Translations under genes and position numbers: made by a program
DNA from: Escherichia phage vB_EcoM_DE16
Sequence record: OP595145.1
DNA: 64,000 nucleotides
Reading direction: 5' to 3' (one strand)
Shown here: positions 35,551 through 45,690 of the stretch, piece after piece
Layout of the letters: each line of letters starts with the position of its first letter
How positions within the stretch are numbered: position 1 is the first letter of the stretch
The notes under the pieces: generated by a model
What the model was told of the DNA's origin: nothing
Databases searched by the model: none
Seen by the model: only the letters and a program-made list of their open reading frames with translations

Positions 35551-37361
35551 AGATGTTTCTCCCTTTGCAAAACTTCCTGCATTTTACCTTTGTTATAAGG
35601 CCGTGAATTAGGGGCAGAAAGATACCCTGATACACGTCTAACTACAGAAATAGTTTCTTCTTCATGGTTGCCACAATCAGGGCACTCAAACCCTTTAGCC
35701 GTTGCCTTAAATTCTCCATGAAAACCACACTTAAAGCATTGATCCACGGGCTGATTAATACCAAAATAGTGAATATGTTCATAAGCGTAGTCTACTAAAG
35801 TCTCCAAAGCTTCTAAGTTATTCTTTAAGTTTGGTGTTTCGACATAACTTATGTTACCACCATTGCTAATCTGTGCAAAACCTGCTTCATAATCCCATTT
35901 TTCAAAAGGATTTGTTACCAACCATACAGGTTGATGAAAAGAGTTGGTAAGATAGTCTCTTTCTACCAAACCTGGGTATTTTTCATTTAAAGCTGTTGCA
36001 AACTTATAGCACAAGGATTCTGCTGGAGTTCCATAGAGACTAAACGCCAGTTTAGATCGTTCTTTAAACACAGCACACACATCTTTCATATGTTGCAGAA
36101 TGTTTTTACCAAGTTCCTTTTTATCTTTTTCTTCTGGATAAAGGATTTCCAAAGCTTCAGCAAGACCTACATAACCAATACTAATAGAAGCATAACCATC
36201 TTCAAACAAAACACCAATTTCATCGTTGGCATTTAAACGCGCTAAAGCCCCTTCCATGAAAAGAATAGGGTTTTCAGATGCTTTGGTATGTCTAATACGG
36301 TTTACACGTAGCATGTGAGCATCATAGGCTATCTCCATATGCTTATTAAGAAGATCGGTGAAAGATTCTCCTTTGCTTCTCGCTTCCGCAGCAATCAGAG
36401 GCAAGTTGATAGAAACTACTCCAAGGTTGAATCGTCCATCATATTTTTCTCCTTGTTCTGTGGCATAGTACGACAAAAAGGAACGACAGCCCATACTCGT
36501 AACGGTACCATCTGCTGATCCCGTAACTTCTTTGTTCAAAGGAACAGAAATAAAATCTGGATAAATACGATCAGCACAACATGCCAAAGCTTGTTGCTTA
36601 AGGTCATAGTTAGGATCACTAGGTTTCATGTTAACACCTTCTTGTAAAAAGAAAATAACTTTAGGGAATACAGGCGTTACATGATCTTTGCCTAGACCAT
36701 TACTATGCACTTTAAGATAGTTAGCTGTGATCATTCTGCCAAAAACAGAGGTATCCAGACCCATACTGATTGTAATAAAAGGAGATTGTCCATTTACACT
36801 CATTAAAGTATTAACCTGATACAAGAGAGTTTGCATAGCATCATATACATCTTGTTCAGTCATTTCTAGGGCTTCTTTCCTTGCATAACAACCGTAGCGA
36901 CGTTTGGTTATCTCCATGTTTTTAAGGAAACTAGCTTCAACATAAGGACTAAGACCTTTATCAATGTGCGCACACGTCTGACCGCCATACTGACTGGAGG
37001 CAACAGCTTGGATGATTTGAGTTAGCACTGTAGTAGCTACTCCAATAGATTTTGGTTTTTCTATCTGTGCAGCACCGATCTTAAAACCATTCTCTAACAT
37101 ATCTTGATAATTAACAAGACAACAGTTTGTAAGAGGAGAGAGTAGATAATCCAAGTCGTGAATATGTCCAAAACCTTCTGTATGCCATTCTGACAAGTTT
37201 TTTGGCAGTATCTGTGTCATTGCCATATGTTTGCTTAAAATCCCCGCCAAGAGATCCCTGTGCGTGTTAACGAGGTGGGAAGGTTTGTTTGCATTCTCTC
37301 TAGTGTATGTTTCTGAAGTGCGATCTAAAAAAGAAAAAACATCTTGGTACAAATCTTTCAT
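35547..37361 (-). CDS. nrdD: anaerobic ribonucleoside-triphosphate reductase (glycyl radical enzyme)
   Basis: 604 aa; N-terminal ENANKPSHLVNTHRDLLAGILSKH close to T4 NrdD; C-terminal Zn ribbon CFKCG...CPDCG and glycyl-radical motif RRVSGY. Confidence 0.9.
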   Translation of the reverse strand: MKDLYQDVFSFLDRTSETYTRENANKPSHLVNTHRDLLAGILSKHMAMTQILPKNLSEWHTEGFGHIHDLDYLLSPLTNCCLVNYQDMLENGFKIGAAQIEKPKSIGVATTVLTQIIQAVASSQYGGQTCAHIDKGLSPYVEASFLKNMEITKRRYGCYARKEALEMTEQDVYDAMQTLLYQVNTLMSVNGQSPFITISMGLDTSVFGRMITANYLKVHSNGLGKDHVTPVFPKVIFFLQEGVNMKPSDPNYDLKQQALACCADRIYPDFISVPLNKEVTGSADGTVTSMGCRSFLSYYATEQGEKYDGRFNLGVVSINLPLIAAEARSKGESFTDLLNKHMEIAYDAHMLRVNRIRHTKASENPILFMEGALARLNANDEIGVLFEDGYASISIGYVGLAEALEILYPEEKDKKELGKNILQHMKDVCAVFKERSKLAFSLYGTPAESLCYKFATALNEKYPGLVERDYLTNSFHQPVWLVTNPFEKWDYEAGFAQISNGGNISYVETPNLKNNLEALETLVDYAYEHIHYFGINQPVDQCFKCGFHGEFKATAKGFECPDCGNHEEETISVVRRVSGYLSAPNSRPYNKGKMQEVLQREKHL

Positions 37362-37424
37362 TATTAATCCTTATTTTGTGAGTAGAACTATTATTCTACC
37401 TCTTTCAACCGAAAAAAGCTTTGA

Positions 37425-37455
37425 GGGAAATCAAAAAAGGCGCAAAGTGCGCCTT
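37425..37455 (-). terminator. rho-independent terminator after the 449-aa gene
   Basis: Minus-strand AAGGCGC-ACTTT-GCGCCTT hairpin followed by TTTTTTGATTT. Confidence 0.65.
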
Positions 37456-37461
37456 TAAGTT

Positions 37462-38811
37462 TTATCGTTTGGAGAGGAATTGTCTTCCCATGATCTTACC
37501 ATTCTTTACAGCGGTCCCATCATGTCCATTATAATCCCAAGTTCCGTCGATATTACGCAAGAAACTATCACGAACAGTGTAGGCTTTACCGTTCTCTACT
37601 TTACTTTCTTCCACAATGATCGCCATAACAAGCTTATTTTCAATTTCGGTAGTAACCGATTCTTTGATACCCTCTGTAACTTCACGATCATATTGGATAT
37701 AAACTCGCTCCTCAGTCACTTGCACGTCTACCACATTTTTAAATGTGTAGGTCTGTTGTGTAGTGTAGAGGACACGAACGACACTCTTCTTACCTACTGG
37801 CGGCTTCTGACGACGTTTGCGGTAACGTGGAGACGGGTTAAGTTTAATATAGCCTACAATGTCTGATCCATCTCCAGAGTGGCTCCAATAAAGTGTCTCT
37901 GCCAACAAACCTTTTCCTTGGTCCCCATTTCGAAAAAGAACATCAACAGGACCATCACAAGGGCGTTTACCTCCGATGTGGGCTTGGTATTTTGCTGTTC
38001 TTGGGAGAACAAAATATTCTTCAATCTGCCATTCACTATCGTATTTCTCCCACTCAAAGTGGTTGGCTTTGCATACTTCTAAAACACCATTTTTGTAACG
38101 GACTTGAACAAAGTCCTCACAAGGTTGAATACCTGTATTAGGAATATAGGTAGGCTCTGTGTCTTCTGGTTCAAAAGTCTCTTTTTGTTGTTCCACATCT
38201 TCCACTTTTCTTACATGCTTAGTATAAAACATATCTTTAAACTCCTGTGCTTCAACCTCAACTGCAAATTCATGTTCTCTGACAGCCGGAGGCACAAGGC
38301 TTCCACACTCAAGATGTAGAGCATCCAGACCTGCCATTTTATCGTAAAAGATAACTTTTCGATACTTCTTACCGTCTTCTGGAATAGCAGGGTCTACTCG
38401 TTTAAGACGGGAAGCATCGCTTTTAGTCCAAAAACTCTTCCCTGTTGTATTATTGAAAGTAGTAATCATTTCTCCAATTTCTTCTTCAGAAAGGTTACTA
38501 GTGTCTGTGTAAACATCTTCAATTTTTAGCATTTTAGTTTTCTTAAAAATTAAATCTAGCATTGCATCTCCTGTAAAACGTAGTTCATTATCTCCTACTG
38601 TCGGCTCTCCAGTAAATTCATCGGTCCCGACTGTGTGACAGATGTATGGAAAATTTGTGCAACCGTGTAAAAGAGCATATTGTCCTGTAAGTTTAGGATC
38701 TGTCTCTTTAGTCCAACCATATGCAATCTCAATAGCTTTGCAAAGCTTATCGAACAAGCCCCGATTGTTTGCCGCTGTTACCAAATCTTGCTTATGTGCA
38801 TATACATTCAT
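37462..38811 (-). CDS. hypothetical protein (449 aa)
   Basis: Long ORF with ATG start and own terminator; no motif recognised. Confidence 0.45.
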   Translation of the reverse strand: MNVYAHKQDLVTAANNRGLFDKLCKAIEIAYGWTKETDPKLTGQYALLHGCTNFPYICHTVGTDEFTGEPTVGDNELRFTGDAMLDLIFKKTKMLKIEDVYTDTSNLSEEEIGEMITTFNNTTGKSFWTKSDASRLKRVDPAIPEDGKKYRKVIFYDKMAGLDALHLECGSLVPPAVREHEFAVEVEAQEFKDMFYTKHVRKVEDVEQQKETFEPEDTEPTYIPNTGIQPCEDFVQVRYKNGVLEVCKANHFEWEKYDSEWQIEEYFVLPRTAKYQAHIGGKRPCDGPVDVLFRNGDQGKGLLAETLYWSHSGDGSDIVGYIKLNPSPRYRKRRQKPPVGKKSVVRVLYTTQQTYTFKNVVDVQVTEERVYIQYDREVTEGIKESVTTEIENKLVMAIIVEESKVENGKAYTVRDSFLRNIDGTWDYNGHDGTAVKNGKIMGRQFLSKR

Positions 38812-39362
38812 AATAACCCTCCTCGTTTTATTGCAATAGATGCCCTAGGCTCTGCGATACCAGTGGCGTATAAATATGGATGACCTTGTGGAGAAGTTCT
38901 CATCCCAAACGAACCTAATTCTAACCCATACATATCTTCCACGTCAAGACCAATATCTGTCTCTATGATTTGAGTTTGAACTTTGTAATACGTCCAAAAG
39001 AAATAGCGCATAGTTTCGGCATATTCTTTGACGGACGCTCCTGGATAAAACTCAATAATTTCCAACTTTAAGAAAATGTTAAAATGAGCATCATCCAATT
39101 CTTCTTCTGTTCGGTAGCAAGGTGTTAGAGCCATATAAGGATGATCTGTTGAAAATTCAAACCCATCTTTCTCCATCTGGAGGAAAGACTGCTCTGCACT
39201 GGCTACGTAGAACTTACCATTAGGATGCCCCAAGGGGCGATCCTCTTTACCTTCTGGTAATGTATATGCAAGGATATCCGCATCTACAAGATAAGGGACT
39301 TCCAACATCTCCGCAAATCGCCCGTAGTAATCAATAGCTTGAGCAATAACAGCTACGTTCAT
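38808..39362 (-). CDS. hypothetical protein
   Basis: 184 aa; ATGA overlap with downstream gene. Confidence 0.4.
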   Translation of the reverse strand: MNVAVIAQAIDYYGRFAEMLEVPYLVDADILAYTLPEGKEDRPLGHPNGKFYVASAEQSFLQMEKDGFEFSTDHPYMALTPCYRTEEELDDAHFNIFLKLEIIEFYPGASVKEYAETMRYFFWTYYKVQTQIIETDIGLDVEDMYGLELGSFGMRTSPQGHPYLYATGIAEPRASIAIKRGGLL

Positions 39363-39610
39363 GATCTTCCTCCTGTGCGGAAAGCGCGTTTAGTAATGTT
39401 GGACATAATGATTAAATCTTGTAAAGTCATATCTGGGAACTGTTGTTCTAAAACTCCCTCAACAGCACCTATAATATCTGACAATTCAACAAGTTGCATT
39501 ATTTTGCAATCCTGTTCAACAGCATCAAAAAGTTCTTCTACTTCCTCTTTAATCTTTTCTATGCTGCCATAAGGTTGTTTCTTAATGTCTGTTATGTGAT
39601 ACCCCGCCAT
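39359..39610 (-). CDS. hypothetical protein, possibly MazG-like helical NTP pyrophosphohydrolase
   Basis: 83 aa; EEVEELFDAVEQD...ELSDIIGAVEGVL pattern. Confidence 0.3.
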   Translation of the reverse strand: MAGYHITDIKKQPYGSIEKIKEEVEELFDAVEQDCKIMQLVELSDIIGAVEGVLEQQFPDMTLQDLIIMSNITKRAFRTGGRS

Positions 39611-41203
39611 TTAACGATCCTCTCTGATTTGATTAATCTTACGAGCAAGGGCAGCTATAAGCTTATCTTCTTCGGATACAGGAGCCGTGCTCTTACCTAA
39701 ACGATGCATGTCTAGAATCTCTTGAACAGTCCGGTTCCATTGTAGACATTTAATACAACGTGTATGTGCAACATACAGAAGATTTCGTTCTGATTCTTCA
39801 AGACCTACCCACTCACCCTTCTTATCATAATTAGAAGGGAAGTCATTTGCAACAATAACCTGATCCCATTCCAAACCTTTTGATTTGTGGGCTGTAGTTA
39901 AAGTAACTTTAGCCGTTGGAGAGTTACGGTGCATACGTAAAGTGTATGCAATATTATTAGCTTTACCAGAAACAACAATGTTTAAAAGTCGTTTTGCATC
40001 AGGATCTGATTCTGCACACTCTACAAATTCTTCCCAAGAAGTGTAAGGTAGAACTGTCTCATGCTTAACTTTGTCCAAATCACCTCTACGTAAAGCATTA
40101 ACACTATCAACCATAGAAATGAAATCTTTGGTATCTACGTTAATAATAATCTCTTCTCCGTTAGCGATTCGGTCCATAGCTTCGAGCAACAGGGTCAAAT
40201 TCTTACGGAAAATAATGGTGTAAGGTTTACTATAATCTACCACATCAGAATGAAAACTTCCAGTGACAGTATCATAACCTTTCCCTACCAGCGGATGCTT
40301 CAGAGGTGAGCGATCAGAAAGGATCGCATTAGCAATGTCCGCAACTTTAGGACCAAAGCGAAAACAAGCTGTCAGAGGCAACTCAACCCCATATGTAGCC
40401 GTTTGCTTCATCATGTTCTGGCTTCCACGGAACTGATAAATACTCTGAAACTCATCACCCACAACAACAATACGTTTAGCCGATTTAGCATTGCGAAGGA
40501 TAGACAGGAATGCAGGGTTAACATCCTGGAATTCATCTCCAAAAATAATATCGTATCCTAAATCTTCTTTACTCAATTCAAAGAGTTTCACATAGGTGTC
40601 ATGAGTCATAATGGTTTCTGATTTAGGATCAATACGCTCACGCCAAAGTTGCTTCGCATATTTAACAACTTCGTTAATAAGTTTTTGTTCGTTGATGTTC
40701 TTACGTTTAAGATCTGACATATGCACTTTAGGAAAATGTTTATGTCCAATATGTTCATCGTCAGAAAACTCGTATTTAGCTAAAGTTTGTTTTACCATTA
40801 ACCCGATCATTGCACGAGTCAGTAGCACTTTACCATTCTTATCGATCAAGTTCTGAATCTTGAATTTTTTAGCAATCTCACTACCAGTTCCAGCTACGTT
40901 AACATATTGACCTTCTGGACGAGACAATTTGTGTCGAAGGTTTTGTGGAAGACGCTGGTAGCAGATAGAATGTAGCGTTCGGCACATAACATTAGGCGGC
41001 ATTTTACGTCGAGCTTCCTCTGCCATACTTTTGTTAAACGCCAAGTATAGAATACTATCATTTGTGCCATTAGCCAACATATACAGTGTTGACGTTTTAC
41101 CTGATCCAGATTTAGCTTGAATTGTAACGAAACGATTTTCTTTATACCCGCTTTCAATAGCGTATTGTTCCTCGGTAGGTGTAAAACTCAATTGTGTAGA
41201 CAC
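39611..41203 (-). CDS. SF1 DNA helicase, UvrD/Rep-like
   Basis: 530 aa; Walker A AKSGSGKTSTL; motif II GDEFQDVN; motif III VVGDEFQSIYQFRGS; motif VI TAHKSKGLEWD. Confidence 0.75.
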   Translation of the reverse strand: MSTQLSFTPTEEQYAIESGYKENRFVTIQAKSGSGKTSTLYMLANGTNDSILYLAFNKSMAEEARRKMPPNVMCRTLHSICYQRLPQNLRHKLSRPEGQYVNVAGTGSEIAKKFKIQNLIDKNGKVLLTRAMIGLMVKQTLAKYEFSDDEHIGHKHFPKVHMSDLKRKNINEQKLINEVVKYAKQLWRERIDPKSETIMTHDTYVKLFELSKEDLGYDIIFGDEFQDVNPAFLSILRNAKSAKRIVVVGDEFQSIYQFRGSQNMMKQTATYGVELPLTACFRFGPKVADIANAILSDRSPLKHPLVGKGYDTVTGSFHSDVVDYSKPYTIIFRKNLTLLLEAMDRIANGEEIIINVDTKDFISMVDSVNALRRGDLDKVKHETVLPYTSWEEFVECAESDPDAKRLLNIVVSGKANNIAYTLRMHRNSPTAKVTLTTAHKSKGLEWDQVIVANDFPSNYDKKGEWVGLEESERNLLYVAHTRCIKCLQWNRTVQEILDMHRLGKSTAPVSEEDKLIAALARKINQIREDR

Positions 41204-41217
41204 GTATTTCTCCTCTC

Positions 41218-41733
41218 TTAATAAAAACTCTTGACAATCCTCATCATTTCCTTAGCTCTGCTGGCATAAGGTTCTTTTAGATTAGGTGGCAAATGTGCAT
41301 TAATGTACCCCATTTGTTTTTCCCATGTCCACTTATCTTTAAATCTTGGCATGGTGTCTCCTGCTAAACTGTTTTCTTTTCGTGTTTGAATAATCCAATT
41401 ACATGGAAAATGCACACCACCTTTACGGAAGGGAATATAATGTCCCAATGTGAATGCCTTATTGTTCTTTAAACGTCCAGCTAAATTAAGATTAACAATA
41501 AGACTACGAAACACGTAGTATTGATAAAGATTGTCAACAGTATATACAGAGTAGTATGCTCTAAGTGCATTATCTCGACTAAGATTACCAACATCCAAAC
41601 TGCACCAGTTTAAATTACTTGGATCGTAGTTGTGATTATCAATCCATTCTTCTCTTTCCTCAAATTCTGCATTAACAGCGGATTGCCCTGCTGTAGATAC
41701 AAAAAGAGAATTTGCATCAAAGAACATACTCAC
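41218..41733 (-). CDS. hypothetical protein
   Basis: 171 aa ORF. Confidence 0.4.
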   Translation of the reverse strand: MSMFFDANSLFVSTAGQSAVNAEFEEREEWIDNHNYDPSNLNWCSLDVGNLSRDNALRAYYSVYTVDNLYQYYVFRSLIVNLNLAGRLKNNKAFTLGHYIPFRKGGVHFPCNWIIQTRKENSLAGDTMPRFKDKWTWEKQMGYINAHLPPNLKEPYASRAKEMMRIVKSFY

Positions 41734-41741
41734 TCCCCCTT

Positions 41742-42095
41742 TTAGTTTACATCGTTTAGAGCATTACCAATCTTTAAGATAATAACATCGTTAAGAGCTT
41801 CTTCTCCATTAAGGCCAGAGAAAGCAGGAGTAACGAAAGTTACCATATAATAATGGTCTTCTTGTAGGATTGCGATAACGCCGTCTAGTTTAACATCTCC
41901 TGTGAAACGAAAAACTTTCAACTTTTGTTCTAAAGGAAGATCTCCTTCAACATTTAAAACCATATCTCCGACACCAAACTTTTCTGCCCCGATGTAGATG
42001 TAAGCTTGGTCCTCTTTTTTATGGTAATACAATGTTGCTTGTTTGTCTTGTAGTGTTGTGATACCAAACACATCTACATCAATAATATTTTTCAA
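41742..42095 (-). CDS. hypothetical protein
   Basis: Track ORF trimmed to TTG after GGGAGGAG (TTGA overlap with upstream stop); untrimmed version would overlap upstream gene by 60 nt. Confidence 0.3.
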   Translation of the reverse strand: MKNIIDVDVFGITTLQDKQATLYYHKKEDQAYIYIGAEKFGVGDMVLNVEGDLPLEQKLKVFRFTGDVKLDGVIAILQEDHYYMVTFVTPAFSGLNGEEALNDVIILKIGNALNDVN

Positions 42096-42460
42096 AAATT
42101 CTCCTCCCAAATCCAATAATTGTCTACATAAGTAGGATGCCTTTTGTCCCACTCTTTTCTAGCCCAGGCCACGGCTGCTACCAATACATCTCCATGACAA
42201 GGTTGAGGGGAGCAGAAGCAAACTAAATCTTTCCCTTCTAACTCTAATAAATCTTCAAGAGTGATCTTACCACAACGAATTTGCTCCCACAACCACTCTT
42301 TATACCTTTGTATAGTTGATCCTCGTGGTTCATCATCTTTTAACTTAAAAGGGTTTGCAAACTTAGAGGCTTTTAGTCCCATATGTGGCATTGCTCTACC
42401 AATATAAACAGCACCATCTGGGATTGTTTTGCCTAAATGGTAAAAGTTTAATACCTTCAT
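42092..42460 (-). CDS. hypothetical protein with C-x-C-x5-C-H-G-D motif
   Basis: 122 aa; VCFCSPQPCHGDVL. Confidence 0.4.
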   Translation of the reverse strand: MKVLNFYHLGKTIPDGAVYIGRAMPHMGLKASKFANPFKLKDDEPRGSTIQRYKEWLWEQIRCGKITLEDLLELEGKDLVCFCSPQPCHGDVLVAAVAWARKEWDKRHPTYVDNYWIWEENF

Positions 42461-42461
42461 A

Positions 42462-42824
42462 TTAACCTAAACACATACGTGCGATCAGACCTTGGATGAG
42501 TTTATCTGCTTCTTCACGATCATAGTCGGTATCTTCTATACCACCATCTTCGTCACGATAAACTTTACCTTCCAGGTACCCAGCATCGATCAAACCAATA
42601 ATCAAATCAAACTGCCAGCAAGAGTTACCGAAAGGGCGTTTTCCACTGAAACTGTCTTCTTCTTCCCAAAGTGTAGAGAGCAGTCGTCTGAAATATTCAC
42701 GCACAGTAACAGTGCCAAGATCATCGTCTTCAAAAACAACATCTAAAGCATCTGGTTCAGCTTTCTCTACAACAGGCACATAACGTTGACCATTAATAAC
42801 AACATCTACGATTGTTTCTCTCAT
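42462..42824 (-). CDS. hypothetical acidic protein
   Basis: 120 aa ORF. Confidence 0.4.
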   Translation of the reverse strand: MRETIVDVVINGQRYVPVVEKAEPDALDVVFEDDDLGTVTVREYFRRLLSTLWEEEDSFSGKRPFGNSCWQFDLIIGLIDAGYLEGKVYRDEDGGIEDTDYDREEADKLIQGLIARMCLG

Positions 42825-43183
42825 TTTTCCTCCTTTTTGTATTCAATGAACATATCTGCATAGTAAGCTTTACGTTCTTCAAATTTAGCAGGGTTTACCA
42901 CAATGAACAACACCTTTCTGTTGTCTTGTGGTTCTTTGACTGTAATATATAAATCTTTTGTGCAATAGAAACCTGTGGCTTTGTAAGCGTCACCCCAATT
43001 ATCCACTCCACGATCTATACGATCAAACTTACAGTTATACTTTTTATCATCCACCTGGTAGACAGCTTCACCACCATACCAAGTGAAGAATTGGCTACCT
43101 TCCACCCCAATCTTGAAACCATCACGGGCAGCTGTAGCATTGGTGGCAATCATCAACATCAGGACACAAAGTAGCCTTTTCAT
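42821..43183 (-). CDS. secreted/periplasmic protein (signal peptide)
   Basis: 120 aa; N-terminal MKRLLCVLMLMIATNATAA. Confidence 0.4.
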   Translation of the reverse strand: MKRLLCVLMLMIATNATAARDGFKIGVEGSQFFTWYGGEAVYQVDDKKYNCKFDRIDRGVDNWGDAYKATGFYCTKDLYITVKEPQDNRKVLFIVVNPAKFEERKAYYADMFIEYKKEEK

Positions 43184-43489
43184 TTAGAATTCCTCTTCAG
43201 TCTTCTGTCGGTTTTTGAAGAATACTACGTCATATACCTCTCCGTAACCATCATTTACACAAAACATAATAAAACGATCATCTTCTGCTGTTGGTGCACG
43301 ATGTTCAAGTTCAAAACTTTCAATAAAACCGCGTGAATTTACGTAGTAGATTTCATCCTCACCAGAGAACATCCAATCCCTGTCTATCAGATAGAAAGCT
43401 AAACTCACAGGCGACAACTCATCCTTCACAGAATCATTGTACAGCATGTGGGCTGCAACTGCCAAGCTTAAAGTCGGATTATACAACAT
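43184..43489 (-). CDS. hypothetical protein, tandem paralog 1
   Basis: 101 aa; shares DEIYY..., ELEHR..., DDRFIMFCVNDGYGEVYDVVFFK with the upstream gene; GAGGAGG RBS and TAATG coupling. Confidence 0.4.
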   Translation of the reverse strand: MLYNPTLSLAVAAHMLYNDSVKDELSPVSLAFYLIDRDWMFSGEDEIYYVNSRGFIESFELEHRAPTAEDDRFIMFCVNDGYGEVYDVVFFKNRQKTEEEF

Positions 43490-43797
43490 TACACCTCCTC
43501 GTCAGACTCATCTGCTTTAGAGAATACAACATTAAACGTTTCACCGCAACCATTATTTACGAAATACATGATAAAGTTTTCATCTTCGTCTACAGGGCCA
43601 CGGTATTCCAGTTCGTAGCTATACAGAGAACTATCGCTTGTGGCTCCCTGCGGATACCAGAAATAGATCTCATCGAAAGATTTAACCCACTTCAAACCTG
43701 TACGATCCTCAAACACTAATGAGGAAGGATTGTCAGCATCTTTGACAGCTTCTTCATAATCCTGGTGGAACTTGACTGCTGTTGATAATGTGCTCAT
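43489..43797 (-). CDS. hypothetical protein, tandem paralog 2
   Basis: Track ORF (GTG-initiated) trimmed to ATG after GAGGAGG; 102 aa; ...ENFIMYFVNNGCGETFNVVFSK. Confidence 0.4.
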   Translation of the reverse strand: MSTLSTAVKFHQDYEEAVKDADNPSSLVFEDRTGLKWVKSFDEIYFWYPQGATSDSSLYSYELEYRGPVDEDENFIMYFVNNGCGETFNVVFSKADESDEEV

Positions 43798-43970
43798 TAT
43801 GCCTCCTCGTAATGTTTGCAAACAACGTGTCTCCACGTCTTCTTATAATGTTCTCGCTTCGTCATAGCTTCTTGATAAGAGGGAATACGCTGTAACAGAA
43901 GTCTCCATTCGCAGTCTACGCCCATACGTCCGTACAAAGCATAACGAACATTGTTTTTCTTGTCTTGCAT
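43797..43970 (-). CDS. hypothetical small basic protein (57 aa), not in supplied ORF track
   Basis: GGAGGG RBS plus ATG; stop overlaps downstream ATG (TAATG). Confidence 0.3.
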   Translation of the reverse strand: MQDKKNNVRYALYGRMGVDCEWRLLLQRIPSYQEAMTKREHYKKTWRHVVCKHYEEA

Positions 43971-43989
43971 ACTCCCTCCGATCAGTTAA

Positions 43990-44187
43990 TTAAACTTTTT
44001 CCCAAGTACCAAAAGCACAGGAAGGGTAGATTCCAACTTGAGGGTTTCCGTTATCATCTTTGAAAGTAAAACTGTTGTTGTCTTTATCAAGAACTGTAGA
44101 ATAAATCTTACCAACAGTAACGCAGTTGGAAGCTTGACCCAGTTCAGTGAGAGTAAGACATTTCATTTTCTGTTTCTTTGTAGCCAT
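43990..44187 (-). CDS. hypothetical protein
   Basis: 65 aa ORF with ATG. Confidence 0.35.
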   Translation of the reverse strand: MATKKQKMKCLTLTELGQASNCVTVGKIYSTVLDKDNNSFTFKDDNGNPQVGIYPSCAFGTWEKV

Positions 44188-44269
44188 TTATAAAATCTCC
44201 TTAGTAAGTGAATCTTTATTCTACACAAAGAGCTTTGCACATGTCAAGTAACTCTTTGTCAGATTAGTC

Positions 44270-44539
44270 TTAATGATTAGTGATGTTGATGACAATCTTA
44301 GTTTCAACCTTAGCCCAACAGTAGTCTGCTTCATTAAAACGACTAGTCACAATGTATTCTCCTGCACGAGAACCTGTTAAGCACACTGCACCTGTATCTG
44401 TAGCTAAGTAGTAGTCCCGTTCTTGTTCACTTACTTCTGAATCGTAGTAGTAGAAAACAGACATAGGTTCAATTTCATCTAAACGATATAATTTTGGAAC
44501 AGGGGATTTCTCGATAAACTCGATAGAAGTCTTACTCAT
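44270..44539 (-). CDS. hypothetical protein
   Basis: 89 aa ORF. Confidence 0.35.
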   Translation of the reverse strand: MSKTSIEFIEKSPVPKLYRLDEIEPMSVFYYYDSEVSEQERDYYLATDTGAVCLTGSRAGEYIVTSRFNEADYCWAKVETKIVINITNH

Positions 44540-44733
44540 TTGTTTTCTCCTAGATCTAAACTAATTAAGAAGTCACGAAGGATGATCATTTGTTCTGTAG
44601 ATAATGATAATACACCTTCTCCATAAATATCACCAGACCATTCAGCAGTCAGATCTAGTGTACCAGTACCAGGAAACCAATCAATAGTGATCTGATTACC
44701 ATTAGAGTCAGGTAGTATTTCACTAACTAACAT
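44536..44733 (-). CDS. hypothetical protein
   Basis: Track ORF trimmed to ATG after AGGAGAG; 65 aa. Confidence 0.3.
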   Translation of the reverse strand: MLVSEILPDSNGNQITIDWFPGTGTLDLTAEWSGDIYGEGVLSLSTEQMIILRDFLISLDLGENK

Positions 44734-44910
44734 AACACACTCTCCTATTATTGTTCTTGATCTTACGATCATCTACCGATAAGAACAAGTACTTAAATCT
44801 CTGTTCTTCGAACATCTAACGATAGAGATTAATCTATTACATAATCTATACTCGCTATCGCTCGACCCTTCGGGGTTAGGGTAGCATATTTTTTTGAAAA
44901 AAGTCAACAT

Positions 44911-45228
44911 TTATTTTTTGGTAAGTAGATAAATCAATTGTTCACCTGCTTCTGGTGCATATAGTGATTTAGTATCGGAGTCAAAGAAGTGAGTGACCCC
45001 TGTTACTTTGGATACCTGAATAGATAATCGTGCAAGCTTAAGCAGATTATCCATTTCCGCAATCTTTGCACGAAATACTGCACGTGTAGCGTCAAAAGCT
45101 GCATGTGGCATGTATTTACGATTTAGACTACTACGTTTAAATTTACGATAATCTGCAATGATCCTGTTACGTTCTTTGTTCAAGTACTCTACCAGTGCAG
45201 TATATACGTGTGGTTCTTTGTTAGCCAT
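44911..45228 (-). CDS. hypothetical protein
   Basis: Track ORF trimmed to ATG (MANKEPHVY...) after AGGAGA. Confidence 0.35.
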   Translation of the reverse strand: MANKEPHVYTALVEYLNKERNRIIADYRKFKRSSLNRKYMPHAAFDATRAVFRAKIAEMDNLLKLARLSIQVSKVTGVTHFFDSDTKSLYAPEAGEQLIYLLTKK

Positions 45229-45433
45229 TGTTAATCTCCTCTTCATATGTTGGTAGTGCATGGTATGCGATCACAGGTGCCAAGTCAAAATAAAAATGAC
45301 CATTGATAACAGCTATCGTTCCATTGCGTGTTTTGTTAACTTCACAGAATCCCTTCTTGCCGTTTGCCATGATTACAAGCCACTCTCCGATAGGAACATC
45401 CTCAGTACCAGATACTTTAATCCATCCACTCAC
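45221..45433 (-). CDS. hypothetical protein
   Basis: 70 aa ORF. Confidence 0.35.
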   Translation of the reverse strand: MSGWIKVSGTEDVPIGEWLVIMANGKKGFCEVNKTRNGTIAVINGHFYFDLAPVIAYHALPTYEEEINNG

Positions 45434-45690
45434 TTTACTTCCCCTTTGTAATCGGACACTATACCAGGTCTTACTTTTGCCTTAAGATGTTTCAACTCTG
45501 CCATAGGAGTTGCCACTTGTATAAGGTTAATAATTTCAACCTCGTAGATAGTATACTCATAACCCGCATACTTCCCGATGGAATGCAGGTATTTGATAGC
45601 ATGTTCAGGTGAATCTGCTTCAACATACCCCAAATCTTTTGTAGTGCGGCCTTCACAGTCGCCTTCTGTAGTTACGTGATAAAGTGTCAT
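45430..45690 (-). CDS. hypothetical protein
   Basis: Track ORF trimmed to ATG (MTLYHVT...) after GAGGAGG. Confidence 0.35.
   Translation of the reverse strand: MTLYHVTTEGDCEGRTTKDLGYVEADSPEHAIKYLHSIGKYAGYEYTIYEVEIINLIQVATPMAELKHLKAKVRPGIVSDYKGEVK

Noticed and set aside
35547-37361. Group I intron or homing endonuclease interrupting nrdD, as occurs in some T4-type nrd genes
   Set aside because: The NrdD reading frame is continuous for 604 aa with N- and C-terminal motifs colinear with T4 NrdD; no inserted ORF or structured gap seen
44773-44910. Intergenic segment in the minus-strand block with short GC hairpin (ACCC-TTCG-GGGT) as a distinct regulatory element
   Set aside because: Stem is only 4 bp and no convincing promoter boxes or U-tract could be assigned by eye; left unannotated
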